A stretch of DNA of 64,000 nucleotides from Moniliella sp. 'wahieum'. Lineage: Eukaryota. The position numbers were made by a program, and so were the translations under genes. The stretch is taken from assembly GCA_003971905.1 (NCBI GenBank), contig RSEE01000026.1, positions 496,001 to 560,000 of the forward strand, in the 5' to 3' direction. Shown one piece after another: positions 37,001-49,164 of this stretch. The notes under the pieces are model-generated. The model was not told the origin of the DNA, searched no databases, and worked only from the letters and a program-made list of their open reading frames with translations. Every line of letters begins with the position of its first letter. The first letter of the stretch is position 1.

Positions 37001-40000
37001 GAAGCCCAGGTCGGTGAGGACTACGTCGCCGCTAGACTGCACAGGGGGGAAGGCGCCCGAAGAGCGAGCAGTGCTGCCGTCGCGAGCGAGTGGACTCAGA
37101 GGGTTGCTCATGCCCGGAAGGGTCATGTTAAGCAAGGGAAGAGGTAGAGAACTGCCATTCCCACTGCCCGAGCCGGACTCGGGGCTAGCATCATCCTTGT
37201 TGAGAGTAGCGAGGATGATCTTGACCAAACTGCGAATGATGACGAGCGGCAAAGTGGGCAACCAACTCTTACGCCAGATGGTCTGGACCGCCATGATGAC
37301 CTGGAGGCGAATGATGTCAACCACGCACTCTTGGTTGGAGGAAGGGTACTGCTGGTTCAGAGCAGAGAGCTGGACCAGGTCGTTCGTGATGCGGTACGTG
37401 ACCAGGTTGTGCATCAGCCGGAGGCAGACGTGCAAGCCGCCGCACGCTTGGCTCAGGTGCTGGCAACATCCTCGTTATCGGGCACCGTCGTCTCCCCCGA
37501 TGAGTGTCCAAAATCCGGTCCATCTGGGCCAGCATCAAATGGAACTGGCTCAACAATGCGCTAACACCGCCTCGGTGGAAGAACTCGTACAGCAGCAAAC
37601 AGCTCACGGTAACCCGCGACCCCTTCCGCTCGTAAAGAAGATTGTCGATCCAATCCACCACGACAGTGGTGTAGGCCATATCGTTGGGCAAGTTGCCGCT
37701 CTTGCGCGATTCGAGCGCTTTGAACATCGTGTCGGCAATGGTCCCCAATGTGGTGAACGTGTTTTTGCGAGTCGTGGGTCATTCGCCGGCTTGGACAGGA
37801 GGCGGACCACCTCGCGGTGCATGGCCTTGAGCGACTGAGTCATATGCGACATTGTACCGCACTACCTTGACGTTCTGCCGGACCGCCTCAGACACCTCGC
37901 AACTCTTGTCCGCCTGACCTGGCGGGTCTGCTGCTTCCAACAACGCGGATGAGCTCGAAGGCGCATTGGACGACCACTAGAGGAAGATGATCCACAATAT
38001 CTTGCACAGGGCCGGATACCTTGCTGGTGGCCGTGTTGCCTTCCACCCCCGCCTCCCGAGGGGGCACAGCTGCTTTGAGCAACATGTTCATCCAGAGTGA
38101 ATGCCGCAGCAACGTGCCGAGCTTGCGCATGAAGGGCCCTTCGCCCAGGCCACGGTTGGTATTGAGGGCAGGGAAAAGGGCCGAAACGGACGCGAATATG
38201 AATGGTAGCTGAACGGCTGATACAGTTCACCAAGAACATAGAGCTTGGTATTGAGGTAGACCAAGTTGCGGAAGACACCATTGGTTTTTGTCCAGGTTGC
38301 TTCGTCAGAGGGGGCGAAGAAGTCGAGCGGCGAAAAGGGCAGTTCCTGTCCGTTCGACGCCCAGGTTTTGTCGTCCCACAGCGCACTCGTTTGTTGCATG
38401 GACTCGGAAATTGAATCCATGAAGGCGTAAACGACCGAAATGGCCCTGGACTCCGTCATGAGCACCAGCAGGTTGGCAACTGAGTCTGCGGCGAAGGAAG
38501 AGAGGAAGTTGTATGGCAGTGCCGTGGCATCGTAGAACTTCAGCAGCTCTACCAACCCGCCCTTGGTGATGAAGGCATGACAATGCGAAGCGGTGGTAAA
38601 GAACCCTTCCATGAATCGGGCCGCGACGTCCATCTGCGCGATAACACCGTTGTAAATATTGGCATCGTCCTTCTTACCTTGCCGCTCGTCCTCTCCATCA
38701 AACAGGTCGGCCAAGGTAACAGAGGGGCGGGCGAGAGCGACTACTTTAGTGGCCTCGGTCTGGGGGACTTGCTCCAGATCAAAAATTTGCTTGGGCGGCT
38801 CGGGAAGGCCTGCTTGGCGACAGGCATCGTCAATCGAAGGATGCCGCTCCATACGGCGAGCGATGCTCTTAGCATTCTGTTGGTCGCGTTCAAAGCCGTA
38901 AAGATGCCCGAGATAACATCGCCCCGCGCCGACGGTTGGTGACGGACAAGCTCATCGATCGAGGTGCCAAACAAAATGGCATTGTCCATGTCCTCCAACA
39001 CCTCAATGTGCCGGTGGTCTAGAAGGAGACGCATGAGCTTGCGCGCCACCATGCAGCGGTTAAACAGGTCCAAACCAACCGGGTTGAGGCACATGGCCGA
39101 ACAGACGCTGGGCAGGGTGCTGATCAAATCGAAATTGGCTTCAATGTCGTCGGTAATCAGGTCAAAGAGCATCTCGGGAATCCGTTTCTCCTGCACCACC
39201 ACCAGACTCGTGGGCTCATTGTGCACTAAATGGCCCACCACGCCGATCGCAACAGCGAGGATTTGTGGGCCAAAAATGAGGCGGTGCGCCATGATTTGGA
39301 TGACAGAGTCTGGCAGAGACGTTTCAATCAAGTTGCGCAACTGATCCGTTCCCGCCGACGTGATCATGTTGCCAATGTACTTGAGGATGTTACGCAGCAG
39401 GGTTGCACTCGGTTGCGACAGGTACCCGTACAAGTTGTCAGCCGGCTTGGCCCACTCGCTCCGCACGGTCGTCAGCCGATCACCCTCGGGCTCGGGATGA
39501 GCAATGTCGTATTCCACCTCTGCTTTGATGCGTTCCACGTACACGTCGGGCCCACCCGCGTCACAGAATTGGGTAAAAGCCGGCGGTGAGGTGGAGAAGA
39601 TGAAACTGTCGATCAAGCCGAGAGCACGAGCGACGGATCTTTGGGCCAGGTGGACCCGCGAGCGACATTGTTGGACAATCTTGACCAAGAGAGGCATGAG
39701 GCCGCACCGACGATCATCGTCATGTGGCTTGCGTTGCGGCCATTTACGATTGCCCCCAGTAAGCCAAAGATGGAATCGGCGTAGGTGCCGAGAGAGGTAC
39801 CCGGATCACTCCAGGCATACGGAGGTGGAAGCAATGTAGCGTCGGGTGGGAGGAAGGGCAGGGCATCCATACTGCTAGTAAGCATGCGCAGATTCTGCAA
39901 CAGTGCACCATGATTGACTGACACGCCAATGGACGTAAAGACGTCGGAGGAGCGGGTACGGAACTTGGCCAATCCTTCCAGCGCATAAAACGCACTCGAC

Positions 40001-41359
40001 ACAATGTTTCGGTCAATCTTGTGTTCAGGCGACACGAGCGTACCAATCAAGCGAGCAATCTCCGGGGCCAACATGAAGAGCTCATTAAGCGCCGTATCCT
40101 CCAACACCACATGACCATACACTGCCAAAGCTAACAAGCGGCATGACATGAGTTTCTTGCGGGCAGAAGGGTCATAACCCGCGAGAACGGAGCGCACTCG
40201 TTGGAACAGCTCAAACTGGGATTCGGGTGGAATCTTGTACGCCTCAATTGCGTCGGTAACAACATCCATCAATGGGTTGCCCTGGGACGCCAGGTTGCGC
40301 AGCTCGATCACCGACGCCGTCTCCGGAGGGGGCGCCGATGGGCCGTGTGCCGATCCCACATTGGACCCAGACCCTGTTCCGGGTGCAAAGGAAACGTGGT
40401 GTGAATGGCTGCGGGCTGGACGAGGAGGGCGTGGGTGGGCAGGAGAAGAGGAAGAGGCCGCAGCCCGAACCGGTTCGCCCAGGTCGATGGACATTGACAG
40501 ATCGGGATCAATGGTAGGCGCTGTTGTTGTGAACTTGGTGTAGCTGGGGCCCGATGCGCCGGAGATTGGCGGTGGGCCGAGCGAGAGGGCTTGTCATGAG
40601 GCTCGGGTAGCTTGTCGGATGCGGGGCGTTGGATGGCAAGACGGACCGTGTCAAAGCCGGGTCCAGGCTCAAAGTTGTCACTAGCAAGGTCGACCAAAGT
40701 TAAGCCCGATCCCATCGGAGCCCATGTGGCACCAAGGGTGAGGAGGCGCTGAGGCACAGTACCCTGCTCAACCAGCTCCTGGGCACGAGAACCGCCTTTT
40801 GCAGAGTGCTGTTGGGCCAAGCGCTGAAGGAGCCGCAGCGTTTCTTCAAGCACATCCAAATCGTCGGTTACGAGTAAGCTGCGGAGATGCTGTAGCGGGA
40901 AGGAGAGAGTTAGAACCGTCCGACGGGGCAAGCAAACCTTGAGGGAGGCGAGAGAGAAAGTACGTACCTCATACGAGTTGTAGATCTTACGGTTGGTGCA
41001 GCTCTCTAGGAGAAGGCGGCTAAAACGAAGTATGGAGACAAGCAGGCGCTTGGTGTGCGGGGTGAACTGATGGTACTGCAAATCTGTCACACCGTACTGG
41101 GTCAGGGTGTGCTCGAGGATGGCATCGAAGCGGTTCAGCGTCTGGGTCCAGTGGTGAGCATCGCCGCGGGGCCAGGGCCAGTCGTAGACGCTGTCCAACA
41201 CGCCAGGAAGGTCCTCGTCCGGGGCCGCCTGGACACGCTCAATAATCGCGGCAATCTGGGGCAACTGCGAGGGAAAAAGAGGGTGAGTAGGGGGCACAAA
41301 GGGGCCAGGGGCACACGCACCGGAGGCCACAGACGCTTGGGTGGGCGTGTGATCTTCAT
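31033..41359 (-). CDS. TOM1: Tom1/HUWE1-family giant ARM-repeat protein (DUF908, DUF913, UBA-like, UBM repeats); no HECT domain found
   Basis: WPWPRGDAHHWTQTLNRFD, LLLESCTNRKIYNSY, LVHNEPTSL, SAMCLNPVG, DELVRHQP, UBA-like LTDLGF, DPEFLLALP and EPEFLAALP, RRDAIQLLDRAG. Ends AQAVLLRSLRALDYLLTGK-stop. Several introns and many indels. Confidence 0.92.
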
Positions 41360-41662
41360 GGCTGCTGGAGCGGGTGGGTGGGGACGGGGGGATGGGAGAT
41401 GGGGGAATGCGGGTGGGGGGTTGGTGGAGAAGGTGGAGGAGGGTGGTGTGGGATGGGCAGAGGGATGGGGGGGGAGGACCCGGATGGGAGGGCGGAGGGA
41501 TGGTGGCGATGCGAGAGACCGCTTCGGTGGCCACTCGCCTTCGTATTCCGATGCGTCGCTTCCGCAGCCAAAGCTTCAGCTCTGCAATGTTCAACCGGCA
41601 ACGCCCAACCTTCAATCTTGCCGCCGCGTCGGCCCGCGGGCGGAATAATGGAGCGAGCGGAA

Positions 41663-41670
41663 TGACGTCA
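41663..41670. promoter_or_regulatory. CRE-type palindrome TGACGTCA about 300 bp upstream of the HUWE1-like ATG
   Basis: Exact match to the ATF/CREB bZIP consensus; a single 8-mer could be chance. Confidence 0.3.
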
Positions 41671-43439
41671 CGCCTTGTGAGCCCCCTGGTTCTGACAGCA
41701 GCTTATGGCAGCAGCACGTCAGCGCAAACACTCCATATGCTCATTCGTCGGCGGGCTGCTAATCTACTCTTCGTCACCGCGTGTGGAGACAGACGTTGGC
41801 CGCAGGAAGTGATGCACATGGGAGCTGGGAAGGGAGATCCCGATCGAGCTGACAAACCTGTGGCTTACACCAGAGAGCATGACAACGATGTTTGCCTTAG
41901 GCTTATTGAGTTTGGTCCAGGCAAAACGGATTCCTTTGATGGGACGAGAGAGACTGGCTGGTATGAGATAATGGATGCGACTTCTGCAGGGGCCTGGTGA
42001 CTTTTTGTGGATGAGTATCTAGAGTGATGCAAAGTGCACCAATGGGGGCAGGCTAATATTCAGAGTGAAGGCGCTCAGGCTGAGCTTTGAGGGACCAAAG
42101 GGAGCTTTTGGCCCTACCTCCACGGACCACCCCATCGGTCGACAGCACCTTCGCCCGAACGAGCTAGCTTGCGGATGCGAAGAGAGGCATCTTTTAATGC
42201 ATGTGGGAGTCAAACGCCCACCCTATTGATTGCATTCATCAGTTGTCATTTACAGAGCTTGGATCGAGACAAGAAACGGCTCAAACCAGCCAAATCATCG
42301 AGCTCATCCGGCGCATGCTGCGGGTTGGCGCCTAACCCGTTTATAGGAACGAGAAGGGTTACCAGTAGGTCACGACCCTCTGCACCCCCCCATTCAGTTC
42401 CAAAACAGATGTAGAGGCGTGGATACATCTCGCTCTCCCTGTATCCCATGTCACAGAAAAAGAAAGGATAGAGAGGGAGTCTTTCGCCACTCAAATCTCA
42501 CCCTATAACTCAGCAGCCGAAGGCGGAGAAGGCTCTATAGAAGCAATATATATGCCGTACACAGTGACCATACCTCTCTTGAAAGCTCAACCACCCATCT
42601 GATCTCGACTGTTCCAAAAGTGTGGTTCGCAAGGGCAACGTTCCGCGTAGATGATATTTTGGTGGTATAAAAACGAGAGTGTGGTCCCAGAAAGTTGATG
42701 CGATGATCTTGATATGCCAAGACGACGAGACAAGACGAGATAAGTTTACAACGGTGTGTGTATATGTGTCGAAAAACAGATCACAGCGAGTTGGTGAGAT
42801 CGAGGTGTTCCGCTCCTCAGAATGGATCCGCGTACGCGCGGGATGAAGGATGCCTGTTTTTTTCAGGGGTTGTGGAGGCGCATTACTACTAGTATAGGAA
42901 GGTCCCTTCTCCTTCTGCCTTTTGCTTTTTGCGTTGGTACTTGGACACCCCGGACTACCCCTGTTCCTTTTGAAAAAGCGCTGTTTTGGGTTTTCCACAC
43001 CTTGGCCATACCAACAGAGCACGAGCTCTCATTGAGAGGCGTCTGTGTACCAGCAGTGGTCTAAGCCAATACAGCATTCATTTTGTAGAGACGGTGTCAC
43101 AAATTTTGCACTGGGTTGTGGTATATGTGCACATCGTATGGGGATTGAGTGGGTAGGTTTTATGAACCCTCTCGGACTGAGCCCAATAAAACAGTGTTCA
43201 CGGTGTAGAGTTGGACGTAAGGGTGTGATGGCTCTGACGGATGTTTAACTGGCCTGAAGAACCCCTTTGAGAGGAAGAGAGGCTCTTTAAGTGGTATCAT
43301 AGCCGATGTTAGGAAACGTGAGATGGAGGAAAGGGAGACAGCCGATATAGGATAGCAAAACGGCGGCTATTGCGACTGACTGACTCAAGCTCCATCCCTC
43401 GAGTCTGTGGTGATCCAGGCTGTGAAAGCGCCTACTGTT

Positions 43440-45661
43440 GCGTCCCGCTCGCATGTGTCGATCGAAGAGAGTTCTTCCTCGTCACCTCCCTTCACCATCC
43501 CTTGGGCCTTGGCCTCCCTTTCTTCGGGGCCCCAACCGGCCGAACTGAACTATAGTACTATCATATCAGAGAAGGTGTGTTGGGCCGTTGCAGAGCGACG
43601 CCACTACGTCAAGAGTGCCGGTACGATACGTACACATTCACGGATCATAAGGTGATCACCACCTTCCTCTCTCAAAGAACCGTTGGCAAGGCGAGTGGTC
43701 ATAGTCCTTATCCTGGCCCCACCGGATACTGATGGGGGCATATCGGCCCGGGAAGAGCATGTTGCACCCGATGGCTTGTCTTATCACCCCCACCTAATCG
43801 TTCAACTCTGCTGGAGCCCGTGTCAGAGCGCTGGGCCACGGTCTTCCCTCGATCCATGGCCAGTCAACCCAATCTGCCGACAATAGAGAGCGCGTATTAT
43901 CCGCGAAAGAGGGACCCAACAGTGCATTAACGATTTGGCTCTCCGAGACCCCACTCCTTAGACGCTTGCGACCGCCCAGCGACCTCCAACACACCGTGCT
44001 CTCACGGTTCACAATTGTCTCCTGTGGAACGTGAGTAAGTCAGTGTGCCTCTGTCCACTCACCTCTTCCCGTGGATATCCTTTTACCGGTCGACGGTTCA
44101 ACGCTGACGGGACATGAGGTGCGCGACAAGGCACGGCTGTGTGTGCAGATGCCGTTAGTCCCCTCCTTGTCAACCGGTGTGTATGGGAGAGGGTGCCCCC
44201 CTGCAACCGTTTTCACCGGACCAAAACACCGCACTGCATTCTCCCGCTGGCCTGTTCTAACCTCTGGCCCTACCTCAAAGCCGGCCGACCGATTTGACGA
44301 TGATCCGGCTTCACCGCCTTTTCCTCCTCGAAAGGGTAGACTGCGAACCGGGTCTTGATTTTGAGCGGTTCCCCAAGATGGTTCACGTTATCCCTGCTCA
44401 CACGACTGACATTGTGGCCGGGGCTTGCTCACCATGTTTTTCACCACACTTGCTCTGCCACCATAACCTTTTCCCCGCGACTTTGGGAGCCACCATTCCC
44501 CCCCACACGCCCCTTTTGGGGATGTTATACAGTGACTTGGGATTTCCACTCGTGCCTCAGCACGGCGTATCACCCCCCGATAGGATGGACAGCCAGAGCG
44601 CCGGGTCAACCGGGTTATCGAGAGCAATACCTTTATCGCAATATGGAGATGGGCTGCAGTCTAAAACTGGGACGCTCTTCTTCCAACGGACGAGCTCTTT
44701 CGCTGATTCCAATTCCTTTCCTCCACCCACGCACGAGTGTATTCACTCCCTCCTTTCTTCATTTTACGTATAACATGAAGGCTCTCTCCGGGCAGTGTTG
44801 GACCCAGCCTCGTCGAAGACCGCAAAGGACACCGCATCGGCATCGTCCCTTCAGGATCTCCGCGCGGCTCAGGGCCCCTATCTCGAAACTTGCCGCCGTC
44901 CAGGAGTGGCATTGGTACTGCGCTGATTGTGCACTGAGGCAAATGATACCTTTTCAGCTCGGTCATTAACCCGTTTTGGCCCGTCGGGATGGATACTTGC
45001 CACCCAACGCCCCCCCGAGAGACCGATGGTTTCGGCTATCCCCATCTGGGTCCCTTTCTCATTATGTGCACCATATAGGAAGTGCTGCGGACCATAAGGT
45101 CACCGGGGTTTGATTGGCGCATCATATATCCATGATGTATTCCTTGTCTTCCAGTTTGCGTGCCTACAATGCAGGCGATCAGATCTCGAACCGCTTTTGG
45201 CCAACCCCCCCCCCTCTTTCCCGAGTATCCCGAACACGAAGCGGTTCACCATAAGTCTCTACCCCTGAAGAGAAGCCTGTTTTCCGCATGACACCGCATT
45301 ATTCCACCGTATCCGCGTTGAGGAGGTGAGGCCTGAGGCCAGAACGGGGATAATGTCACGAGATGTCTCAAGCTTGTCTCCGTCCACAATATGGAATTGT
45401 CTGCATCTCTCCCGTGCATCTTCCTCTTCCCTCCCCCCCCCCTGTTTCTCTTGTTCCCTACGTGACGCTTCTTGTTTCCTCCCGGGATGCATGAACGATC
45501 TTGCCATTCTCCCCGTCTCTTTAATTGGACCTTGGTCGCTTAGCCCCACTGGTACTAACAGATGTATAAGCGATGGTGGGGGTGCTTTGGTGTGGTCGAA
45601 GTTTTTTGTACCAGCCATCAGTAGGTCCGCGTTGCGCTTGGTGCCCCGGCACGTGGTGACA
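43440..45661 (+). mobile_element. Heavily degenerate Ty3/gypsy pol remnant (RNase H + integrase) with PPT and probable 3' LTR
   Basis: RNase H-like QPAELNYST..VCWAVAERRHY and YRPGK..APDGLS; IN zinc finger STLTGHEVRDKA..RGC; IN core ERFPKMVHVIP and CLSTAYHP..EQYL; LGPFLI and IHDVF. AGAACGGGGATAA is followed by TGTCAC (45354), with a candidate GTGACA end at 45661. Confidence 0.82.
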
Positions 45662-47406
45662 GGTTCCTGCGACATGTGGCGGCTGCTTAGGACGATCGAT
45701 GATTGCATTGTTCGCACCGCACAACCGGGGCTTGCGAGGACCTGCGAGGACTTCTTGCCCAGGCCTGCCCTGACCTGCCAAGGCCTGCCCTGGCCTGCCA
45801 TTGGAGGTTGGAAGGGTGGGAGCCACAGTGGCAATCACAGTGGCTACTTCTATACTAACCAGAGTAGTACCACACGTGATAGTGACATTGCATGTGACAT
45901 GTGATGCATGTGATACCTGTGACGAGGGGTTGTACCGATCTGTGACACGCAGCCTCAGCGTCTCAGATCTCAACGTTAGATCAACGTTTTTCAACGCTCA
46001 GCGCCAGCCGTGCCAGATTGAGGCGATCTGATCTGATGTGATGCATGTGATGAAGGCCAAAGCAAGGCAACTCGGACTGGGCTCGCAGGGAATGCTGAGG
46101 GGGATTTTCCGCTCCCATCTGATAAGAAAAAAATAGGAAAAAATACAGCTGATTTAGCGGTTAATGATGGGATCTGTGCCGGCAATCTACACTGCGTGCG
46201 TGGATAACTGAGTGCTCGAGTGTTCCTGGGTCGTGTCGGCATATCAACGTTCGCGTTCACCGTACGTTCAACCAGCTCAGAGCTCGCGGGTGTTCTGGAA
46301 AGCGTACGGCTGCGTAATCAGTTGGCTGCGAGCTCATGTCCATGTCACTGACATGCCCCTGCCGAAGTTGCCGAACCATGCGGCCAAACTGCCTCAGGCG
46401 GCCGCTGAGAGACATTGTGAGACCCCCTAAGTACGCCGTGTTCGCTCGCTTTGGGGTTAATCTCTGTTTCTTCCGCCGGGATCCCCCAGATGGTCCTTTC
46501 CCAACTCAGTAACAGCAACCTGATCTTTGGAATTGGACGCGTGATCAAGTGCCAGGGACACATTCTCAGTTCTCAGTCTTGGTCCGCCGGCCAAGCTTTT
46601 TGACCTCAATTGTCTCAAGGCCATGAAAATTAAAGTCTTTTGAGGCTCTGAGGCCTGAAGCTTGAAGCTTGCTCCAGCGTCTGCGAAGTGCACTGCTCTC
46701 ATTGCAAATGGCCGGTGATCATATGGGTGCGAGTCCTTCGTAGAGGACATTATGGTTCCGTGCCCTATGCTGAGACGGCCTGAGCGCCTGAGCCTCAGGC
46801 CTGAGCGAATGAGTGACTGAGCACCTGAGCGCGAGCGAGCTCGTGCACTCATCGGTGAGATCACGCGCGGGTTACTGAGTGAGATTGGAGAGAGTGGACG
46901 AGGGGGGGGAGTTGCACGTACGCCCTGGTCCTTGGTTCTTAGGTTACCGCGGGTTACCCCGGTTATTCCGGTTACTCTTCCCTCGTCCCGCATAGGTCGC
47001 TATGATCATCGATCCTCGATCATACGGGGCTCTGCAGCCCTCTCTCAACATTCACTAGTCACTTCACAAGCTTCAAGCATTCTCGCAGACGCTTGCGACC
47101 ACTCTCTCGCTCTTGGGACCAACTGTGACATCCATGACGCGGCAGGGTGGAACCGTGATGCTGCCCCGGCGCCTTGCTCCCCAGGGTCCGAAGCAGGGCA
47201 ATTTTACTGCATTTAAGCGTTCACTGCGAGCGATATATTCGCCAGACCAAACCCACCACCACCGCTTGGGCCGTACCCCCATTCTTCCCTCCATCCTCCG
47301 GATCAGGTACGTGTATCATTACTACCCCCACCTCTCCCCCTCTCTCCACCCAAGCGAACTGTACACCACACGATAATTGACACGTGCACCTCGTCCCGCA
47401 GACAGG

Positions 47407-49164
47407 ATGGCGGAACTAACCAAATCGGCGCCTCCATGGACCCCGAGTACCAACCAAGCGCTCACAAGGAGCCGAGCGACAGCTACGGCGACTCGAGCCC
47501 CTCGTTTTCGGAGAAGGGCGAGGGGGCAGGATGGACGAAGAGCTGACCCCGCAAGAGCGGCGCAGGCTCAAATTCAAATGCGGGCTGTTGATGGGCTTGC
47601 TGCCGGGCATGAGTTATTCGCTGCAGTACTTGGACAAGGCATGTGTTGCCTCGGCTTCTGTCATGGGTATCCGCAAAGACCTCAATATGAAAGGCGATGA
47701 TTACTCGTGGACCACGTCGAGTTACTTTATTGGTTACTTGGTTTGCAACATCCCTTTCTCCTTGCTTCTCTGGAAAAGGCGGGGCCACGTTGGAACGGGG
47801 TTGCGCTGTTGCTATGGGGCATTATTGTCGCTTGCAGTGCCGGGCACAGAGTTATGGGGGGTTCATTGCGTGTCGAGTTCTGCTCGGTGTACTGGAAAGT
47901 GTATGCGAGCCCTCGATCACCATCATGACCCACCAGTGGACGCCGCCCGATCAGCATTACGGTTGGATCGAAACTTGGTTCGCTTGGAACGGGTTCACTG
48001 CCATCTTTCTCAACGCCATTTCCTATGGGCTGTACCGCGGACAGATTCACCACGAGTACTCAATGCCAGGCTGGCGCATCCTTTTCATCATCTGCGATTG
48101 ATGTCGGTGGTGGGCGCGATTTGTTACATTTTCTTGTGCGTCCGATCCTTTGTCTTCACCATTCCCTGCGGAATGGGTTACCCATTAGATGTGCATGCTA
48201 ACACCCGTTGCCTGAATTCTGTCTTCCAGAGTGCCTAACAGTCCTCAAGATGCCTGGTTCCTGAGCGAAAAGGAAAAGCGGGCTATGGCCCGGCAGGACG
48301 TGGGATCGAAACGTCGGTTTCAGAGGTCTGACATTGAATGGAACCAAATTTGGAGGCGCTCACCGTCGACCTCCACAAGACTGTACTCCTCTTCCTTTCC
48401 ATCTTTTGCAACTCGCTCAATGGTGGTGCAGTGTATGTCTTGCGTCTACTCTTTTTTGGGGGGGTGACAGGCCGATTTCGCGGGGGGAAACTAACACTTA
48501 CTTTTTACAGGAACACGTTCATCTCGCTCATCATTAAAAACTTTGTGGTACAGGGCAATCGGAAGTTGACGGACGTCCAGGCCAACGAGCGCTCGCTTCT
48601 GTATGGCATGATCCCCGGCGGGATCAAAGCCGGAGGTGCACTCTGATCGTCTTCATTTCCTTGATGGGCTTTATGAAGCGGTTCCGCTTCTTTACATTCT
48701 CACTTTTTCGGCTCTGCATGTGGCAGCAGCCTTTATGCTTACCTACGGCTCCCACAACAAGGACAAGCAACCACTGGGGGCGCCAATGTGGCCCTGGCTG
48801 GTACGTACATTTACAACTTTTCGGTAGAGGTGGCCCATGGCGGCATCATCTCTCTTATGGCCACCAACACCCAAGGCTACACCAAAAGATTTTTGTCAAC
48901 GGCTCACCCTGATCGGATTTGGGGTGGGCAACGTTGTTGGGCCCCAAATTTTCCCTTCGAGCCAAATCAAGACCAACTGGCCAACGGGACGCCGAGCCCT
49001 GGCAGCCTTGTCGGTGGTTTCCTTTGTTTTGCCTGGTCGGACTGCTTATCTCCTATGTGGTGGAGAACAGATTGAAGGACAAGAAAGACGAAAAGTTGCC
49101 TCCAGACGCCGATCCCGCGCTTCTCACCGACAAGCAGAATCCCGAGTTCCGATACCACCTTTAA
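47407..49164 (+). CDS. MFS transporter, allantoate permease (Dal5-like, anion:cation symporter family)
   Basis: LQYLDK, YSWTTSSYFIGYL, GWRILF, PNSPQDAWFLSEKEK, NTQGYTKR, GNVVGPQIF, C-terminal LTDKQNPEFRY. Two short introns and several indels. Confidence 0.9.
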
